A stretch of DNA of 63,815 bases, counting the filler, from Octopus bimaculoides (Eukaryota): the NCBI RefSeq assembly GCF_001194135.2. It is 6 parts of 6 records of this genome, joined end to end, with 100 filler letters (N's around TTAATTAATTAA, not from the genome) between each part and the next. Parts side by side here need not be neighbours in the genome. Positions count along the whole stretch, not along the records: positions 60,163 to 63,815 come from NC_068997.1; 5 more parts are not named here. One strand, written 5' to 3'. The notes beneath the pieces were generated by a model. It was not told the DNA's origin. It was given only the letters and a program-made list of their open reading frames with translations, and did not search any database. Position 1 is the stretch's first letter. Each line of letters begins with the position of its first letter. Shown here in pieces: positions 63,520-63,815 of the stretch. The position numbers and the translations under genes are program-made.

Positions 63520-63815
63520 AAGTGAGGTTTGGTGAGGGTGAGAGAAAGAGGGTAGGAGGAGGAGGAGGAGGAGGGGGGAGAGGGAGTCAGGGAGAAAGAG
63601 AGTGAAACTGNNNNNNNNNNGGTGAGAGAAAGAGGGTAGGAGGAGGAGGAGGAGGAGGGGGGGAGAGGGAGTCAGGGAGAAAGAGAGTGAAACTGGAGGA
63701 GGAAGAACTAGAGGGGACAGAAGAAGAGAAAGAATAGAGCGAGTGAGAGAGAGAGAGAGAGAGGATGGGGGGGGAGAAAGAGGTTTGGTGAGGGTGAGAG
63801 AAAGAGGGTAGGAGG
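63520..63815. repeat. Purine-rich (GA/GGA) low-complexity tract upstream of engrailed, with internally repeated blocks
   Basis: ggtgagagaaagagggtaggagg occurs three times. One duplication spans a 10-N gap and is probably artefactual. Confidence 0.7.

Overview
AT-rich, microsatellite- and transposon-dense animal genomic DNA. The gene content and SINE families suggest a cephalopod, probably Octopus (inference). The window is six scaffold pieces joined by five identical 100-bp artificial gaps (44 N + TTAATTAATTAA + 44 N), so adjacency between pieces is not proven. Three protein-coding genes are partly or wholly present. (1) A probably secreted vWA / Thr-Pro-rich linker / degenerate-vWA gene (+, about 15.7-26.2 kb). 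(2) The first five coding exons of TAF3 (+, 32700-43672); no PHD-finger exon was found. (3) A very large, homopolymer-rich first coding exon of engrailed (-, 60889-63487) with EH1 and EH2; no homeobox exon was found. The rest is decayed mobile DNA: two R4/Dong-like RLE retrotransposons, RTE and CR1/Jockey-like LINEs, a LINE 3' end encoding three C2H2 fingers (2 copies), Helitron and hAT relics, DD37D (maT) and mariner elements, MITEs (one family carries telomeric repeats), at least four SINE families, and a Penelope-like fragment with a minimal hammerhead fold. The best lead is the TAF3 block. It starts exactly at the ATG behind a splice acceptor, ends in phase 0, totals 2502 nt (834 codons, no stop) and is bracketed by a perfect 232-bp inverted SINE pair near the splice sites. 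This is the layout expected for a circular RNA with an endless ORF, subject to an assembly caveat.
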